Shown here: piece after piece, positions 37,878 to 47,616 of the stretch
How the letters are laid out: each line of letters starts with the position of its first letter
Numbering within the stretch: the stretch's first letter is position 1
NCBI GenBank assembly: GCA_001772865.1
Contig: MEVD01000015.1
Location: forward strand, 9,084-73,083
Origin: a candidate division WWE3 bacterium RIFCSPHIGHO2_02_FULL_38_14
Lineage (GTDB): Bacteria > Patescibacteriota > WWE3 > UBA101185 > UBA10185
Direction of reading: 5' to 3'
DNA: 64,000 nucleotides
The notes under the pieces: model-generated
What the model saw: the letters and a program-made list of their open reading frames with translations, nothing else
Databases searched by the model: none
What the model was told of the DNA's origin: nothing
Made by a program: the position numbers and the translations under genes

Positions 37878-38847
37878 TCAAATAAACAGTTTGGAAATGT
37901 TAAGTTTAATTTTATTCATAGGAGTAGTAACTTCTTTAATAGTTCGAAGAAAAACGGGTATAAATCCAGGAGGCATAATTACTGCTCCATTTCTGGTATT
38001 AAGTTTTTATTATTCTTTCATTTGGGGCGTTACATTAATTATAATAAGCCTTTTGATTTATAAAATTTATAACAAATATTTACATAGTTTTTATTATGGT
38101 AGGACTCCGATGTACATCTATAGTATTATGTCCGTGCTGTTTGTATATGCAATTGCCTGGATATACGGCTATTTTAAAATCATCCCGGACTTTAATATTA
38201 ATTTCGTTTATGGTCTTATCCTACCCGCTATTCTGACAGTGGCATTAAGAAAACAAGGTGTGAGAAAGACAATGATTTACACTGCTATCACCGTAGTCAT
38301 AACAGCTTTAGTATCCTTGGTGATATTTTATATATCGAATAATATATTTCAATATAACTTCTACTATATGGAACAACTTAGAGCGTCAACAAACAATATT
38401 ACTTTAAGTACCGGCTTTATCTTATTCTTTGCCTCTATCATTTCAAGTTATGTAATTTACTATTTTACCAAAATAAAATCAGGAGGATATATAGTACTTC
38501 CGTTTTTAGCTTTACTTTTATTTAACCCAAAAAGCTTATTAATCTTTGTAGTTACGTTAATATTTATGCATCTACTGTTTAAGGCAATCAGACACTATAC
38601 CTTGATAGTCGGCATAACCAGGTATACATTTGTGCTTTGTACTGCAATATTAGTGGTTTGGGTAATAGAATCAGCTGGTTTGAGAATTGACCCCACGTTT
38701 TCACCGTTTTTAGGAGCGAATATATTTCCTGCTTTAGCCCTGGCATCAATAACAAACGATTTTTCAGTCCAAAAGGCACGAAATACTGCTCCAATGCTAA
38801 TTTTAAACTTGATAATTGTAGGAATAGTGTATTTTTTTGTCAGATAA
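37870..38847 (+). CDS. pgsC: Tandem-duplicated (fused) PgsC/CapC-like membrane protein
   Basis: 325 aa. Both halves individually resemble about 150-aa PgsC (half 1 GINPGGIITAPF...ILPAILTVALRKQG; half 2 SGGYIVLPFLALL...IFPALALASITNDFSVQKAR). Start overlaps the pgsB stop (ATGAGTAA). Confidence 0.7.
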   Translation: MSNQINSLEMLSLILFIGVVTSLIVRRKTGINPGGIITAPFLVLSFYYSFIWGVTLIIISLLIYKIYNKYLHSFYYGRTPMYIYSIMSVLFVYAIAWIYGYFKIIPDFNINFVYGLILPAILTVALRKQGVRKTMIYTAITVVITALVSLVIFYISNNIFQYNFYYMEQLRASTNNITLSTGFILFFASIISSYVIYYFTKIKSGGYIVLPFLALLLFNPKSLLIFVVTLIFMHLLFKAIRHYTLIVGITRYTFVLCTAILVVWVIESAGLRIDPTFSPFLGANIFPALALASITNDFSVQKARNTAPMLILNLIIVGIVYFFVR

Positions 38848-38923
38848 TCTGATTGCAGTAATCAGGTAAACGGTAATTCCCGGTTTGAGATACCTTTTAT
38901 TATCCCCGTGATAAAATCAACAT

Positions 38924-39691
38924 ATGAAAAAAGTTGTTATTGTAGCCGACGACTACGGATTGCTGCCATGCATAAACAGAGGAATTGAAAGGGCTTATCT
39001 GGAAGGATGCGTTACAGAGGCGTCGTTAATGATAAAAGCTGATTACGCTTTAGACGCTTTGAAAAATGCCAAAGTAAAAAATATTTTAAATATCGGCATC
39101 CACGTTGAGTTGATAGGGGATAAAGATCTTGGAAGATCAGTTAAAACCAAAGATTATATAGAGCTTTATAAAAATAAATCAGAAAAAGAAATAGAAAATC
39201 TGACTAGGCAGGAGCTTCATGAATTTGAAAAACTGGTGGGAAGACCGCCCACTCATATTACATCTCATAAAGGAATACACGGTAATTTTAAACTTTTAAA
39301 TGTATTAGTTGAATATGCTAAAAAAAACTATATTCCCGTTAGAAAGCCTAATACTGATTTAGAGGGTGACTTAGAGAAAAGCAATTATGCGGTTGAAATG
39401 ATTATAAAAAGGGCGGGCGTGCAAAGTACAGACCATTTAATAATACATATAAAAGGTAATGATTCTTCCTTAATTAAAGATTCAATATTAAGTGATTTAA
39501 AAAAAGTCAAAGATACTGAAACGGCTGAGATTTTAACCCACCCGGGATATTTTGACGCCACTCTGCTAAAGAGGAGTTCGTTAAATTACGAAAGATCCAG
39601 AGACTTGGATATGCTTATTGATCAAAAATTTATTAAATCGATAAAAGATTTAAGATTCAGCATAGTTAGTTATAAGCAATTGTATGACTAA
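38924..39691 (+). CDS. YdjC-family carbohydrate deacetylase-like protein
   Basis: N-terminus VIVADDYGLLPCINRGIERA matches the YdjC/ChbG DDFG...N.GI signature. His-rich downstream motifs. Confidence 0.7.
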   Translation: MKKVVIVADDYGLLPCINRGIERAYLEGCVTEASLMIKADYALDALKNAKVKNILNIGIHVELIGDKDLGRSVKTKDYIELYKNKSEKEIENLTRQELHEFEKLVGRPPTHITSHKGIHGNFKLLNVLVEYAKKNYIPVRKPNTDLEGDLEKSNYAVEMIIKRAGVQSTDHLIIHIKGNDSSLIKDSILSDLKKVKDTETAEILTHPGYFDATLLKRSSLNYERSRDLDMLIDQKFIKSIKDLRFSIVSYKQLYD

Positions 39692-40493
39692 GAAAAAACT
39701 GATTACTACAGCACACGATTTTGGTTTATCCGGCAGTGTAAACGAAGGTATATTATATGCAATTAATCATAAAAATAACATCATTAAAGAATATTCGCTG
39801 CTGCCTAACGCACCATACTCTAAACAAGGTGCTGAAATTGCAAAAGAATACAAAGAATTATCGGTTGATTTATGTATAGTTTTAAATAATTACGAACCTC
39901 TTCTTACTAACCACAAAACCTTAGTCGATCCCAATGGGTATTTTATTAAGGGTGACACTACAACCTGGAATTTTGAAGTTTTAGATAAATTTGATGAAAA
40001 TGAAATTACCAAGGAAATACATGCACAGTATGAGTGGTTCTTAAAAAACGTGGGAAGAAAACCTTCCGCCCTCGTTACTCAAAAATCCGAACATGGAGAT
40101 CCTAAAATTCTAATTCCCCTGGCAGACCTGGCTAAAAAAGAAAATCTCCCTATTCGCACTCCCGCATGGAAATGGTTCACCAACTACGCTGCACAAAGCT
40201 ACGTTGAAGAACAAGGCATAAAACACACCAGTAAAGTATTTGTCGGCTGCTATGATTGGAAAGGCAGGTTCGGATTGGACATTGAAAAAGACCTGGACCA
40301 ACTTTTCAACGAAGCTGAGGGCATTAGCGAGCTTTTGATATTTTGCGGATTTGCGGATGAAGAACTCTTTAAATTGAGCTCAGTCAATTGGCAGCGCGGA
40401 CAATATTTAAACATGCTGGAGCGTAAAAACGAAATTCTATTAAGGTTTAAAGAAAAATTCGATTTAATTAGTTATAAAGAGGTTTTTGTCTGA
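39684..40493 (+). CDS. Second YdjC-family deacetylase-like protein (divergent paralog)
   Basis: ITTAHDFGLSGSVNEGILYA N-terminus. Overlaps the upstream gene by 8 nt. Confidence 0.65.
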   Translation: MTKKKLITTAHDFGLSGSVNEGILYAINHKNNIIKEYSLLPNAPYSKQGAEIAKEYKELSVDLCIVLNNYEPLLTNHKTLVDPNGYFIKGDTTTWNFEVLDKFDENEITKEIHAQYEWFLKNVGRKPSALVTQKSEHGDPKILIPLADLAKKENLPIRTPAWKWFTNYAAQSYVEEQGIKHTSKVFVGCYDWKGRFGLDIEKDLDQLFNEAEGISELLIFCGFADEELFKLSSVNWQRGQYLNMLERKNEILLRFKEKFDLISYKEVFV

Positions 40494-40508
40494 ATAAGCA
40501 TATTTGTA

Positions 40509-40715
40509 TTGATGTATAATCTTATCGTTATGAAAATAATCTATACAACGCTAAATTCTGAAGTTGTTTTAATAATTAAGACCATAGAAGGAAAATATAA
40601 AGAAATAGAAACAGTAATAAAACAGCACATTAACTTCGACAATTTTATAGGGGAGCTAAATGTTAAACAGATTAATTCTAATTTTAAGAGTTGGTTATTG
40701 GGGATAGTTAAATAA
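40509..40715 (+). CDS. Small hypothetical protein
   Basis: 68-aa ORF, no support beyond the ORF. Confidence 0.25.
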   Translation: MMYNLIVMKIIYTTLNSEVVLIIKTIEGKYKEIETVIKQHINFDNFIGELNVKQINSNFKSWLLGIVK

Positions 40716-40814
40716 AGTGAATACTAGTAATTACAACGTGGTATTAAATAAAAACAATTGCTAATAGATGCTACAGTTTATCTGATGAAAACATAACTAT
40801 GATAAACTTTTTTT

Positions 40815-41534
40815 ATGTATCCTCTGTTTTTCCTTTCAGCACTTTTGGCAGAAATAATAGGTACAATCGCGGGTTTCGGTTCGTCAACCGTTTTTTTACC
40901 GCTAGCCTTACTATTTTTAGATTTTAAAACTGCTCTGGTTCTTGTAGCTATTTTTCACATATTTGGAAACATAAGCAGGGTAGGGTTTTTTAAACACGGC
41001 TTGGATAAAAGACTAATTGTAAAATTTGGATTGCCTAGCGTGCTTTTAACATTATTAGGCGCTATGCTTGTACCTTATATATCACAAGACTTACTTAAGG
41101 TTTTTCTTGGCATTTTTCTGGTTATTTACGCATTTATATCACTATGGAAAGATAACTTACAAGTTAAACCCACAACCGCAAATACTATTATAGGAGGAAG
41201 TTTATCCGGCTTTTTAGCAGGTCTTATAGGTACAGGGGGTGCTTTAAGAGGAGCTTTCCTAACTGCTTATAAACTGCCAAAGGAAAAATATATTGCTACA
41301 GCTGCTACTATTGCTTTAGCTGTAGATTTTATCAGACTACCTGTATATATATTCCAAGGGTTTCTTAACAAAGAATTTTATTGGTATATTCCTATATTAT
41401 TAACTTTAGCAGTAATGGGGTCTTATATTGGAAAACAAATAGTAAGTATAATCCCGCAACATAATTTCAGAAAACTCGTTCTTGTCGCTCTTATTCTAAT
41501 TGGAGTCAAATTTATCTTTGACTTTGTTAGTTAG
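40815..41534 (+). CDS. TauE/SafE (TSUP, DUF81) family anion exporter-like membrane protein
   Basis: 239 aa, about 8 TM. N-terminus LLAEIIGTIAGFGSSTVFLPL is typical of the family. Confidence 0.7.
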   Translation: MYPLFFLSALLAEIIGTIAGFGSSTVFLPLALLFLDFKTALVLVAIFHIFGNISRVGFFKHGLDKRLIVKFGLPSVLLTLLGAMLVPYISQDLLKVFLGIFLVIYAFISLWKDNLQVKPTTANTIIGGSLSGFLAGLIGTGGALRGAFLTAYKLPKEKYIATAATIALAVDFIRLPVYIFQGFLNKEFYWYIPILLTLAVMGSYIGKQIVSIIPQHNFRKLVLVALILIGVKFIFDFVS

Positions 41535-41544
41535 TTTTACCAAA

Positions 41545-42090
41545 TCAAAACATCGAAACCTTTTCCGGGCCGCGATCATTATTATTCATCATAAACTCAA
41601 CCATTTTTACTTCGTCAATACTATCCAGCTTAAGCATTTGACCCCAAGAAACCATTATTATCGGCGAACTCATGTTTTTTCTTGGCATCATCATTTTCTT
41701 ACCCTTAAAACTATTATTGAAAATATCCTTAAGTTGATTAACTTGGTCTTCAGAAAGTTTTTCTGGATCATAGTTTAAACTTACCGCACCATGCTCTAAA
41801 CTGTGTACCATCAAACCGTCGTCAACTATATCATCGTGTATTCCCGGACCGGCAACTCCATCTCCATAATGATCTCCGGATGTAGGAGGATCACTAACTG
41901 CCATTAATTGTCCTCTGGGAATATGGTTTCTTCCGGCTTCCGGAATACTTTCACCGGCTAGTGGCAAGTCATTTTTGCTTTCTTGCTTAGAGGCTAGAAA
42001 TATAATTCCGACAAAAATTAGTAAAGTAAAAAATCCGATGGACAGTAGTATCCATTTTTCATTTACAGAATGTGAATATTTTTGGCTCAT
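41545..42090 (-). CDS. DUF3105-like membrane-anchored protein
   Basis: N-terminal TM. PPTSGDHYG...HSLEHGAVSLNY pattern as in DUF3105. Adjacent to ccdA. Confidence 0.5.
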   Translation of the reverse strand: MSQKYSHSVNEKWILLSIGFFTLLIFVGIIFLASKQESKNDLPLAGESIPEAGRNHIPRGQLMAVSDPPTSGDHYGDGVAGPGIHDDIVDDGLMVHSLEHGAVSLNYDPEKLSEDQVNQLKDIFNNSFKGKKMMMPRKNMSSPIIMVSWGQMLKLDSIDEVKMVEFMMNNNDRGPEKVSMF

Positions 42091-42839
42091 ATATATAAAA
42101 ACCTTATATTAAGAAAATAAATAATTTGCATAGAAATAAACTCGGCTTTTCCGGTTATTAGTGCTATTCCCATTAATATTAGTATAGTTCCGGATAATAT
42201 TTGAGATACACGAGTCAGGTATTTGAACCTTCTAATTAATGGTAGAAGTTTTTCGGACAAAAGTCCAAACGCAATAAAAGGCATTCCCATGCCTAATCCA
42301 AAAACAAATAAAAGCAGGGTACCTTTTAATATTGTTTCAGACTGACTCGCCCAAAATAAAATTGACGCTAAAACCGGACCAATACAGGGAGTCCAGGCAA
42401 ATCCGAAGGTTAGTCCAAACCAAAATGAATTTACAAGTTTAAATTTAGTTAAGTTAGTCGGAAAATTTAATCTTCTTTCTTTTAATAACCCAAAAGGTTT
42501 AATTACACCTAAAACGAACAAACCTAATAATAGAATTGCGATGCCGCCTATTTTTTGAATTATTAATCTATAAGAATTGAAAACATGACCTAAAGTAGAC
42601 GCAGTAAGCCCGAAGATTAGAAAAATCAACAAGAAGCCAAATACAAAAGCGAGAGAATTGTAGAAAATAGTAACTTTATACTTACTGCATTTTTCACTGC
42701 CCGCTAACTCGGATAATGACGTACCTGCAAGATATGCGATATATGTAGGTACTAATGGCAAAAGACAGGAGGTAAAGAAAGTTAATATGCCTCCTGCGAA
42801 TGCTACTAAAAGTGTAACTTGAGAGCTGCTTTCAATCAT
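42087..42839 (-). CDS. ccdA: Cytochrome c-type biogenesis / thiol-disulfide transporter CcdA (DsbD transmembrane-domain family)
   Basis: TM1 FTSCLLPLVP and TM4 WTPCIGPVLASIL conserved Cys motifs. 6 TM. Confidence 0.8.
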   Translation of the reverse strand: MIESSSQVTLLVAFAGGILTFFTSCLLPLVPTYIAYLAGTSLSELAGSEKCSKYKVTIFYNSLAFVFGFLLIFLIFGLTASTLGHVFNSYRLIIQKIGGIAILLLGLFVLGVIKPFGLLKERRLNFPTNLTKFKLVNSFWFGLTFGFAWTPCIGPVLASILFWASQSETILKGTLLLFVFGLGMGMPFIAFGLLSEKLLPLIRRFKYLTRVSQILSGTILILMGIALITGKAEFISMQIIYFLNIRFLYI

Positions 42840-42847
42840 GTTGTATG

Positions 42848-43642
42848 TTAGCTCTTCAACATCTCATCTATAGCTTGTTTTATTTGATCAAAGGGTACTG
42901 CCCCCGGTATTACTCTGGTTTTTCCTGTTTTTGTATCAAGAAGAATATTTCCCGGTGTTCCGTTAACTCCGGCAGTAATACCTGATTGATAGTCCTCCTC
43001 AATATGTATTGCCATTTCACCTGAATCTAAGCATGTTTGAAATGCTTGTTTATTTAAACCAACTCCTGCTGCTAAATCCGGAAGTGTGGCTAAATCTAAA
43101 CCATTATTGGCGGGTGTAACCTCGAATATTTTGTCTGTCAGTTTCCAAAAGCCGTCATTGCCAGCCAATTTATAGGCACACTCAACTGCTTCAGCTTCTT
43201 TGTCTGCTTTAGAATGCAGTTGGTCTATAGGAAAATGTCTGTAAACCCACATTACATCGTTAATATAAGTATCAACCACTTGTTTTGCAGTCGGATGAAA
43301 TCTTTTACAAAATGGACATTCCAAATCAGAATATTCAATAAGCGCGATTCTGGCATTAGGGTTTCCACGAAAATGATCGTCTTTACCAATTGGTTTTACG
43401 TCGCCAGCAACTCTTTCCGTAGGTACAGCCGCCTGAGCAGAAGGAGCAGTACCATTTCCAGCAGTTGTCGGACCTGATGCACCAGAACCAGACTCATACA
43501 TCTTAACCTTAGTAAATAAAACCCCGATAAAGAATGAAGCACCGAGTAAAAGTATAACCAGAAACAAAATAATAATATTATTGGTTCCCAATTGTTTTAA
43601 TAAGTTAGTATTATTACTTTCTTCAGACATAATCACTTCCAA
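42848..43642 (-). CDS. Membrane-anchored DsbA-like thiol:disulfide oxidoreductase (canonical order)
   Basis: N-terminal TM, CPFC active site (ALIEYSDLECPFCKRFHPT), C-terminal cis-Pro region GVNGTPGNILL. Confidence 0.75.
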   Translation of the reverse strand: MEVIMSEESNNTNLLKQLGTNNIIILFLVILLLGASFFIGVLFTKVKMYESGSGASGPTTAGNGTAPSAQAAVPTERVAGDVKPIGKDDHFRGNPNARIALIEYSDLECPFCKRFHPTAKQVVDTYINDVMWVYRHFPIDQLHSKADKEAEAVECAYKLAGNDGFWKLTDKIFEVTPANNGLDLATLPDLAAGVGLNKQAFQTCLDSGEMAIHIEEDYQSGITAGVNGTPGNILLDTKTGKTRVIPGAVPFDQIKQAIDEMLKS

Positions 43643-43692
43643 AAATTATTCATGTAATAAGATGCTAGATATTACTACCACAAATAAATATA

Positions 43693-43709
43693 TACTACAT
43701 ATTGTAGTA
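43693..43709. promoter_or_regulatory. Operator-like perfect palindrome TACTACA-TAT-TGTAGTA (TACA/TGTA core as in BlaI/MecI/CopY boxes) in the promoter region of dsbA-ccdA-DUF3105
   Basis: 7-bp perfect inverted arms with a 3-bp spacer. An identical 15-bp core occurs at 45085..45099. Confidence 0.55.
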
Positions 43710-43734
43710 ATGTATTGGCAATCTTGTCAATATT

Positions 43735-44691
43735 TTATTTAATTGAAACAAGCGAAACAGAAGAATAGTTATCCGGATTATTATTAACGGATGGTACCAA
43801 GTAAGAATTACAGTGTGAATTGCTATTGCATTGGTATAGAAAACAAACGGAACTTTCTTTTACTGATAACACCTCTCCGGCATGAGTACTTGAAGGGTAA
43901 ATACTAAAAAGGCCAAAGATCGAAAATATAATAATTGTGGAAACAAACGCTTTTACACTCCCACGTCTATTACTTTTCAATTTTCTCATAGAAAAAGACG
44001 CAACAAAATCATACGCTAATTGATTATTACTAAAAACATTTATAGCCGATTCTAAATAACTTGAAGTTCGTTGAATTTTAACCACCGTTTTGTCTGCTTC
44101 ATTTTCCAAACTGTCTTTAAATTGTCGTATAAAAACCGATAATAGTGGTACAAAAAATAATGCTGATTTAACTATTTCCATAATAAATATAAATAAAACA
44201 TGAGAGTATTTTAAATGATGTAATTCATGCAGAATAACCGAGTCCAATTCGTTTGTATTAAGTGAATCAATAAGCCTTGTGGAAATTAATATTTTGGTTT
44301 TACGCATGCCATAGCTAAATGCTATTAATTCATTGCTTTTTATTACGATTATTGAATCCAAATGATTTGAGGCAGCCATAGAATATAATACTTTGTTCGG
44401 CAATTTATTTAGTTTCTGCGATGTTAGTTTTTTAATTTTACTTTTTGTTTTAAAAAACGAAAATATAGTTTTAGCAGTAATGGCAATCGAAGATAAAATC
44501 ACCAATGCCAATACTCCTAACCCAACTACATGAACGTTTAATGGCCATATCAAACTTGCTAGTCGCTGGCATTTTTCATGTAAATGTACTAATACTTCAA
44601 GGGAATATTTTGAAAACAATCCAAATATCATAGAAATTGAGAGAAGTGATAAAAATATAACTAAAAACATATATTTTTTTGGATTGTTCAT
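43735..44691 (-). CDS. M56-family (BlaR1/MecR1-like) membrane zinc metalloprotease without a C-terminal sensor domain
   Basis: HELHHLK (HExxH) in a polytopic membrane protein. Translationally coupled to the upstream BlaI-like gene. Confidence 0.7.
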   Translation of the reverse strand: MNNPKKYMFLVIFLSLLSISMIFGLFSKYSLEVLVHLHEKCQRLASLIWPLNVHVVGLGVLALVILSSIAITAKTIFSFFKTKSKIKKLTSQKLNKLPNKVLYSMAASNHLDSIIVIKSNELIAFSYGMRKTKILISTRLIDSLNTNELDSVILHELHHLKYSHVLFIFIMEIVKSALFFVPLLSVFIRQFKDSLENEADKTVVKIQRTSSYLESAINVFSNNQLAYDFVASFSMRKLKSNRRGSVKAFVSTIIIFSIFGLFSIYPSSTHAGEVLSVKESSVCFLYQCNSNSHCNSYLVPSVNNNPDNYSSVSLVSIK

Positions 44692-45083
44692 ATCTTATTA
44701 TTATTAGGAAATTTTTCCAACTCTTCAGCAAAATAAGCAACTGCCTCCGACCCGAATCTATTTATCATAACTTCTATTACCTTAAACACTGTGTTTCTTA
44801 ATGTTTTACTCTTGCTATCAATAGGGGAATACAAATATGATTTCCCGATAAACTTCCTTGATAAAAAACGTTTCTCCGTTAGTCTTGTCATAATTGTCAT
44901 TATTGTTGTATAAGCAATTTGTCTCCTTTGTATTAAACATTGATATATATCCGAAACAGTGCAATTACCAATGCTCCATATACATTCCATTATTTCTTGC
45001 TCTAAAGGACCTAAATTGTAAGTTCTTGATCTGTAAATAAAGTTTTTGTTTTTTTTAACTGAACCATTATAATTTCTTGACAT
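44688..45083 (-). CDS. BlaI/MecI/CopY-family winged-helix transcriptional repressor
   Basis: 131 aa. N-terminal wHTH LGPLEQEIMECIW....TVSDI, then a C-terminal dimerisation helix. Confidence 0.8.
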   Translation of the reverse strand: MSRNYNGSVKKNKNFIYRSRTYNLGPLEQEIMECIWSIGNCTVSDIYQCLIQRRQIAYTTIMTIMTRLTEKRFLSRKFIGKSYLYSPIDSKSKTLRNTVFKVIEVMINRFGSEAVAYFAEELEKFPNNNKI

Positions 45084-45084
45084 G

Positions 45085-45099
45085 TACTACATATTGTAG
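45085..45099. promoter_or_regulatory. Second copy of the TACTACATATTGTAG operator palindrome, at the blaI-like start and in the divergent region shared with the Cys-rich gene
   Basis: Exact 15-bp match to 43693..43707, beginning 2 nt upstream of the repressor start codon. Confidence 0.55.
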
Positions 45100-45137
45100 G
45101 ATATACTTAATTCGGATTCAAGTATCTTTATAAGTAA

Positions 45138-45755
45138 ATGCATATGAAAAGTAAAAGTTCAGTAATAATTCTTATATTTTTAATATTATTTATAACAGCT
45201 ACTTTAACATTTTTATATTACCGTTTCGGCACTTTAAACAAAAGCTATCAAAAAAACATTTCAACAACCACAAATGATGATCCGCTTTATCAAAAATTCC
45301 AAACTCTCTCTGTATCGGGAAATTCGTCATGTTCTCTAAATTTTAAGGAAAGCATTTATAACATGGATGATACCGAAAGGCTTCAAGGGTCTTGCTGCAG
45401 TACTATGATTTTCCACAGATATAAGGAACAGGTAGAAGGCATGAAAAAATATGCGAACATCTCGCAGATTCCATCCGACCCTTATGATATTACTGCTATA
45501 TTAGCTAAAGAACTACTTAAATACGATGAAGAAATCACACTCACCCAAGAAGAACAAGACCAATATAACGAGGCAGTAAATATGTCGGAAGAAAAAGGTC
45601 CGTGCTGCTGCAGATGTTGGAGATGGTACGTATACGAAGGACTTGGAAAGTATTTAATTAAAAATAAAGGTTTTAGGGGAAGGGAATTGGCTGAATTTTG
45701 GAACCTTTCCGATGGCTGCGGTGGCGACAGACACATTCCTGGTGTTCATTCATAA
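45138..45755 (+). CDS. Cys-rich membrane-anchored protein
   Basis: N-terminal TM. Clusters CSLNF...GSCCSTM...GPCCCRCWRW...DGCGGDRH. Confidence 0.4.
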   Translation: MHMKSKSSVIILIFLILFITATLTFLYYRFGTLNKSYQKNISTTTNDDPLYQKFQTLSVSGNSSCSLNFKESIYNMDDTERLQGSCCSTMIFHRYKEQVEGMKKYANISQIPSDPYDITAILAKELLKYDEEITLTQEEQDQYNEAVNMSEEKGPCCCRCWRWYVYEGLGKYLIKNKGFRGRELAEFWNLSDGCGGDRHIPGVHS

Positions 45756-45944
45756 AAAACTTATGCAGGAAAATACAAATCCAGAAAAAACTCTTCTTAG
45801 TTCATATGCATTTTTTTATTAATCGGAACGATTGGATCTTTATTATTGACAATCCTGCACAACTAGAAGACGAATAAATGGCGACAATTGTGAAAGGCAG
45901 AATTAAAATTAACTTTTTAATTTGGTTTCTATATATAAATGTAA

Positions 45945-46421
45945 TCAACAACAATTTTTAAGCCGCGATTGAAGACTAGAAGATTTTTCTTCCTTACTTT
46001 CTTTAGCTTTTATAATAGGAGTTAATGCCAAAAATCCAAACAAAATAACCGGTGCAAACAACAGCAAACCTAAAATTTCGTGGATTAAAGTATAAATTAA
46101 TACCGCCATTGTTCCGAAGATTATTATCCCAAACTTTAACAGCAGCTCCGGTACTTTTACTTGTCTGACAAAAATAAACTCATCAGTCAAGTAGGAAACT
46201 CCCACCACAGATTCAGCCAACAGGAGGGAGATTATACCTCTATCAATTTGAACTAAATGCGAGTACTTCAAAAATAAGAGCGTTAGCCATGTTGAGCCAA
46301 CCGCAAAACATATAGGGCAAACTCTTCTCCCAATTATCCTGGCTACGGAAAATCCGAACTTATAATAAAAACCAAAAAATATAAGCTGCAATAATAAAAC
46401 CAACACTATTTGCTCAACCAT
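45945..46421 (-). CDS. Small polytopic membrane protein
   Basis: 158 aa, 4 TM. Confidence 0.35.
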   Translation of the reverse strand: MVEQIVLVLLLQLIFFGFYYKFGFSVARIIGRRVCPICFAVGSTWLTLLFLKYSHLVQIDRGIISLLLAESVVGVSYLTDEFIFVRQVKVPELLLKFGIIIFGTMAVLIYTLIHEILGLLLFAPVILFGFLALTPIIKAKESKEEKSSSLQSRLKNCC

Positions 46422-47616
46422 ATATTATCGCTCCTATCCACAAATACACACCTAAACCAATTAATATCATCATTATACCTGTAACTAAATGTAGCCTCTT
46501 AGCACTTTTCATTTCAATAGTCTCAACTTTTTCCAGCAACCTTTTGTTTGACGATGCAATTACTACAAGAAGTAAAGGTAATACAAATATTAAGTTATAA
46601 ATTAACAGGTATAACACAAATTCGGCTGACTTTGTTGCCGCGAGCGTAGATATTACCACCGTATATATTCCTCCTGTGCACGGAAACGCACACAGCCCCA
46701 CCAACGCACCCACTACAAAAGCAGTAGGTACTGAAGCTTTTTCCATAAAACTTTGAATCGCATCTTTTGTAAAGTCGGGAATTCTTAAGTGAATTGGTAA
46801 GTTTGGAAAGAAATAATCTTTAACATTAATTATTCCTAAAACTATTAAAACTAAAGATGCCACTTTTGCCACAAAAAAAGGTTCACTGGATAAAGAAATT
46901 GCTTTTAAAATTCCCAAACCTATTAGGAAGTAAACAATAAAAATACCGACTACATAAGCTAAACCCATACCAACTATAGCTTTTCTTTTTTTATTTAGAG
47001 TGTATAAAAATGTGAGTAATAGCAAAAGAACTGCTATCGCACATGGATGGAGGCTATTGCTGATAGCTCCTATAATTAACGGCATAATAATACTACCACT
47101 CAAATTGGTATCATTTTCCTCAACGGGTTTTTCTTTTATAAGGTTAACAATATCTCTGTCTGTTTGAATCTTCTCAAGATCATATCCGAAAACATACAAA
47201 GTAAACTCATTTGTTGTTGAATGCATTTCGGGCTGATATAAAACAATTAATCTGTGCGGTGGAAGCCTTTCATAATTTTCCAAAAGTTGATCAATAACGT
47301 TTAAAGGTACATGTCCTTCTACAACAAGATTTGGCTTTAAAAATAAGGTTAAACTATCCTGCAACTCTATTGGTACGTTATATGATTTATTTTCTTCGCT
47401 TAAATCTTTTCTATAGTCTGGTTGGTTTATGTAATCTTTGAGATTCGCAGATATATTGTATTTCTTCAAAACAGGTTCAACTTCCTTAATATAGGTAATA
47501 CAATCTGAGCACGCTTCATTATAATAAACGTTTGCACGCTCTTGCGCCCAAACCTTATAAGTGTTTAGCGCGTATCCTAAAAATATAATAGCTATAATAA
47601 AAATAAATTTCTTCAT
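46414..47616 (-). CDS. DsbD/CcdA-like transmembrane thiol-disulfide protein with N-terminal soluble CxxC domain
   Basis: Signal peptide, soluble domain with CSDC, TM domain with HPCAIAV and CAFPCTGG Cys pairs. Confidence 0.5.
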   Translation of the reverse strand: MKKFIFIIAIIFLGYALNTYKVWAQERANVYYNEACSDCITYIKEVEPVLKKYNISANLKDYINQPDYRKDLSEENKSYNVPIELQDSLTLFLKPNLVVEGHVPLNVIDQLLENYERLPPHRLIVLYQPEMHSTTNEFTLYVFGYDLEKIQTDRDIVNLIKEKPVEENDTNLSGSIIMPLIIGAISNSLHPCAIAVLLLLLTFLYTLNKKRKAIVGMGLAYVVGIFIVYFLIGLGILKAISLSSEPFFVAKVASLVLIVLGIINVKDYFFPNLPIHLRIPDFTKDAIQSFMEKASVPTAFVVGALVGLCAFPCTGGIYTVVISTLAATKSAEFVLYLLIYNLIFVLPLLLVVIASSNKRLLEKVETIEMKSAKRLHLVTGIMMILIGLGVYLWIGAIIYG

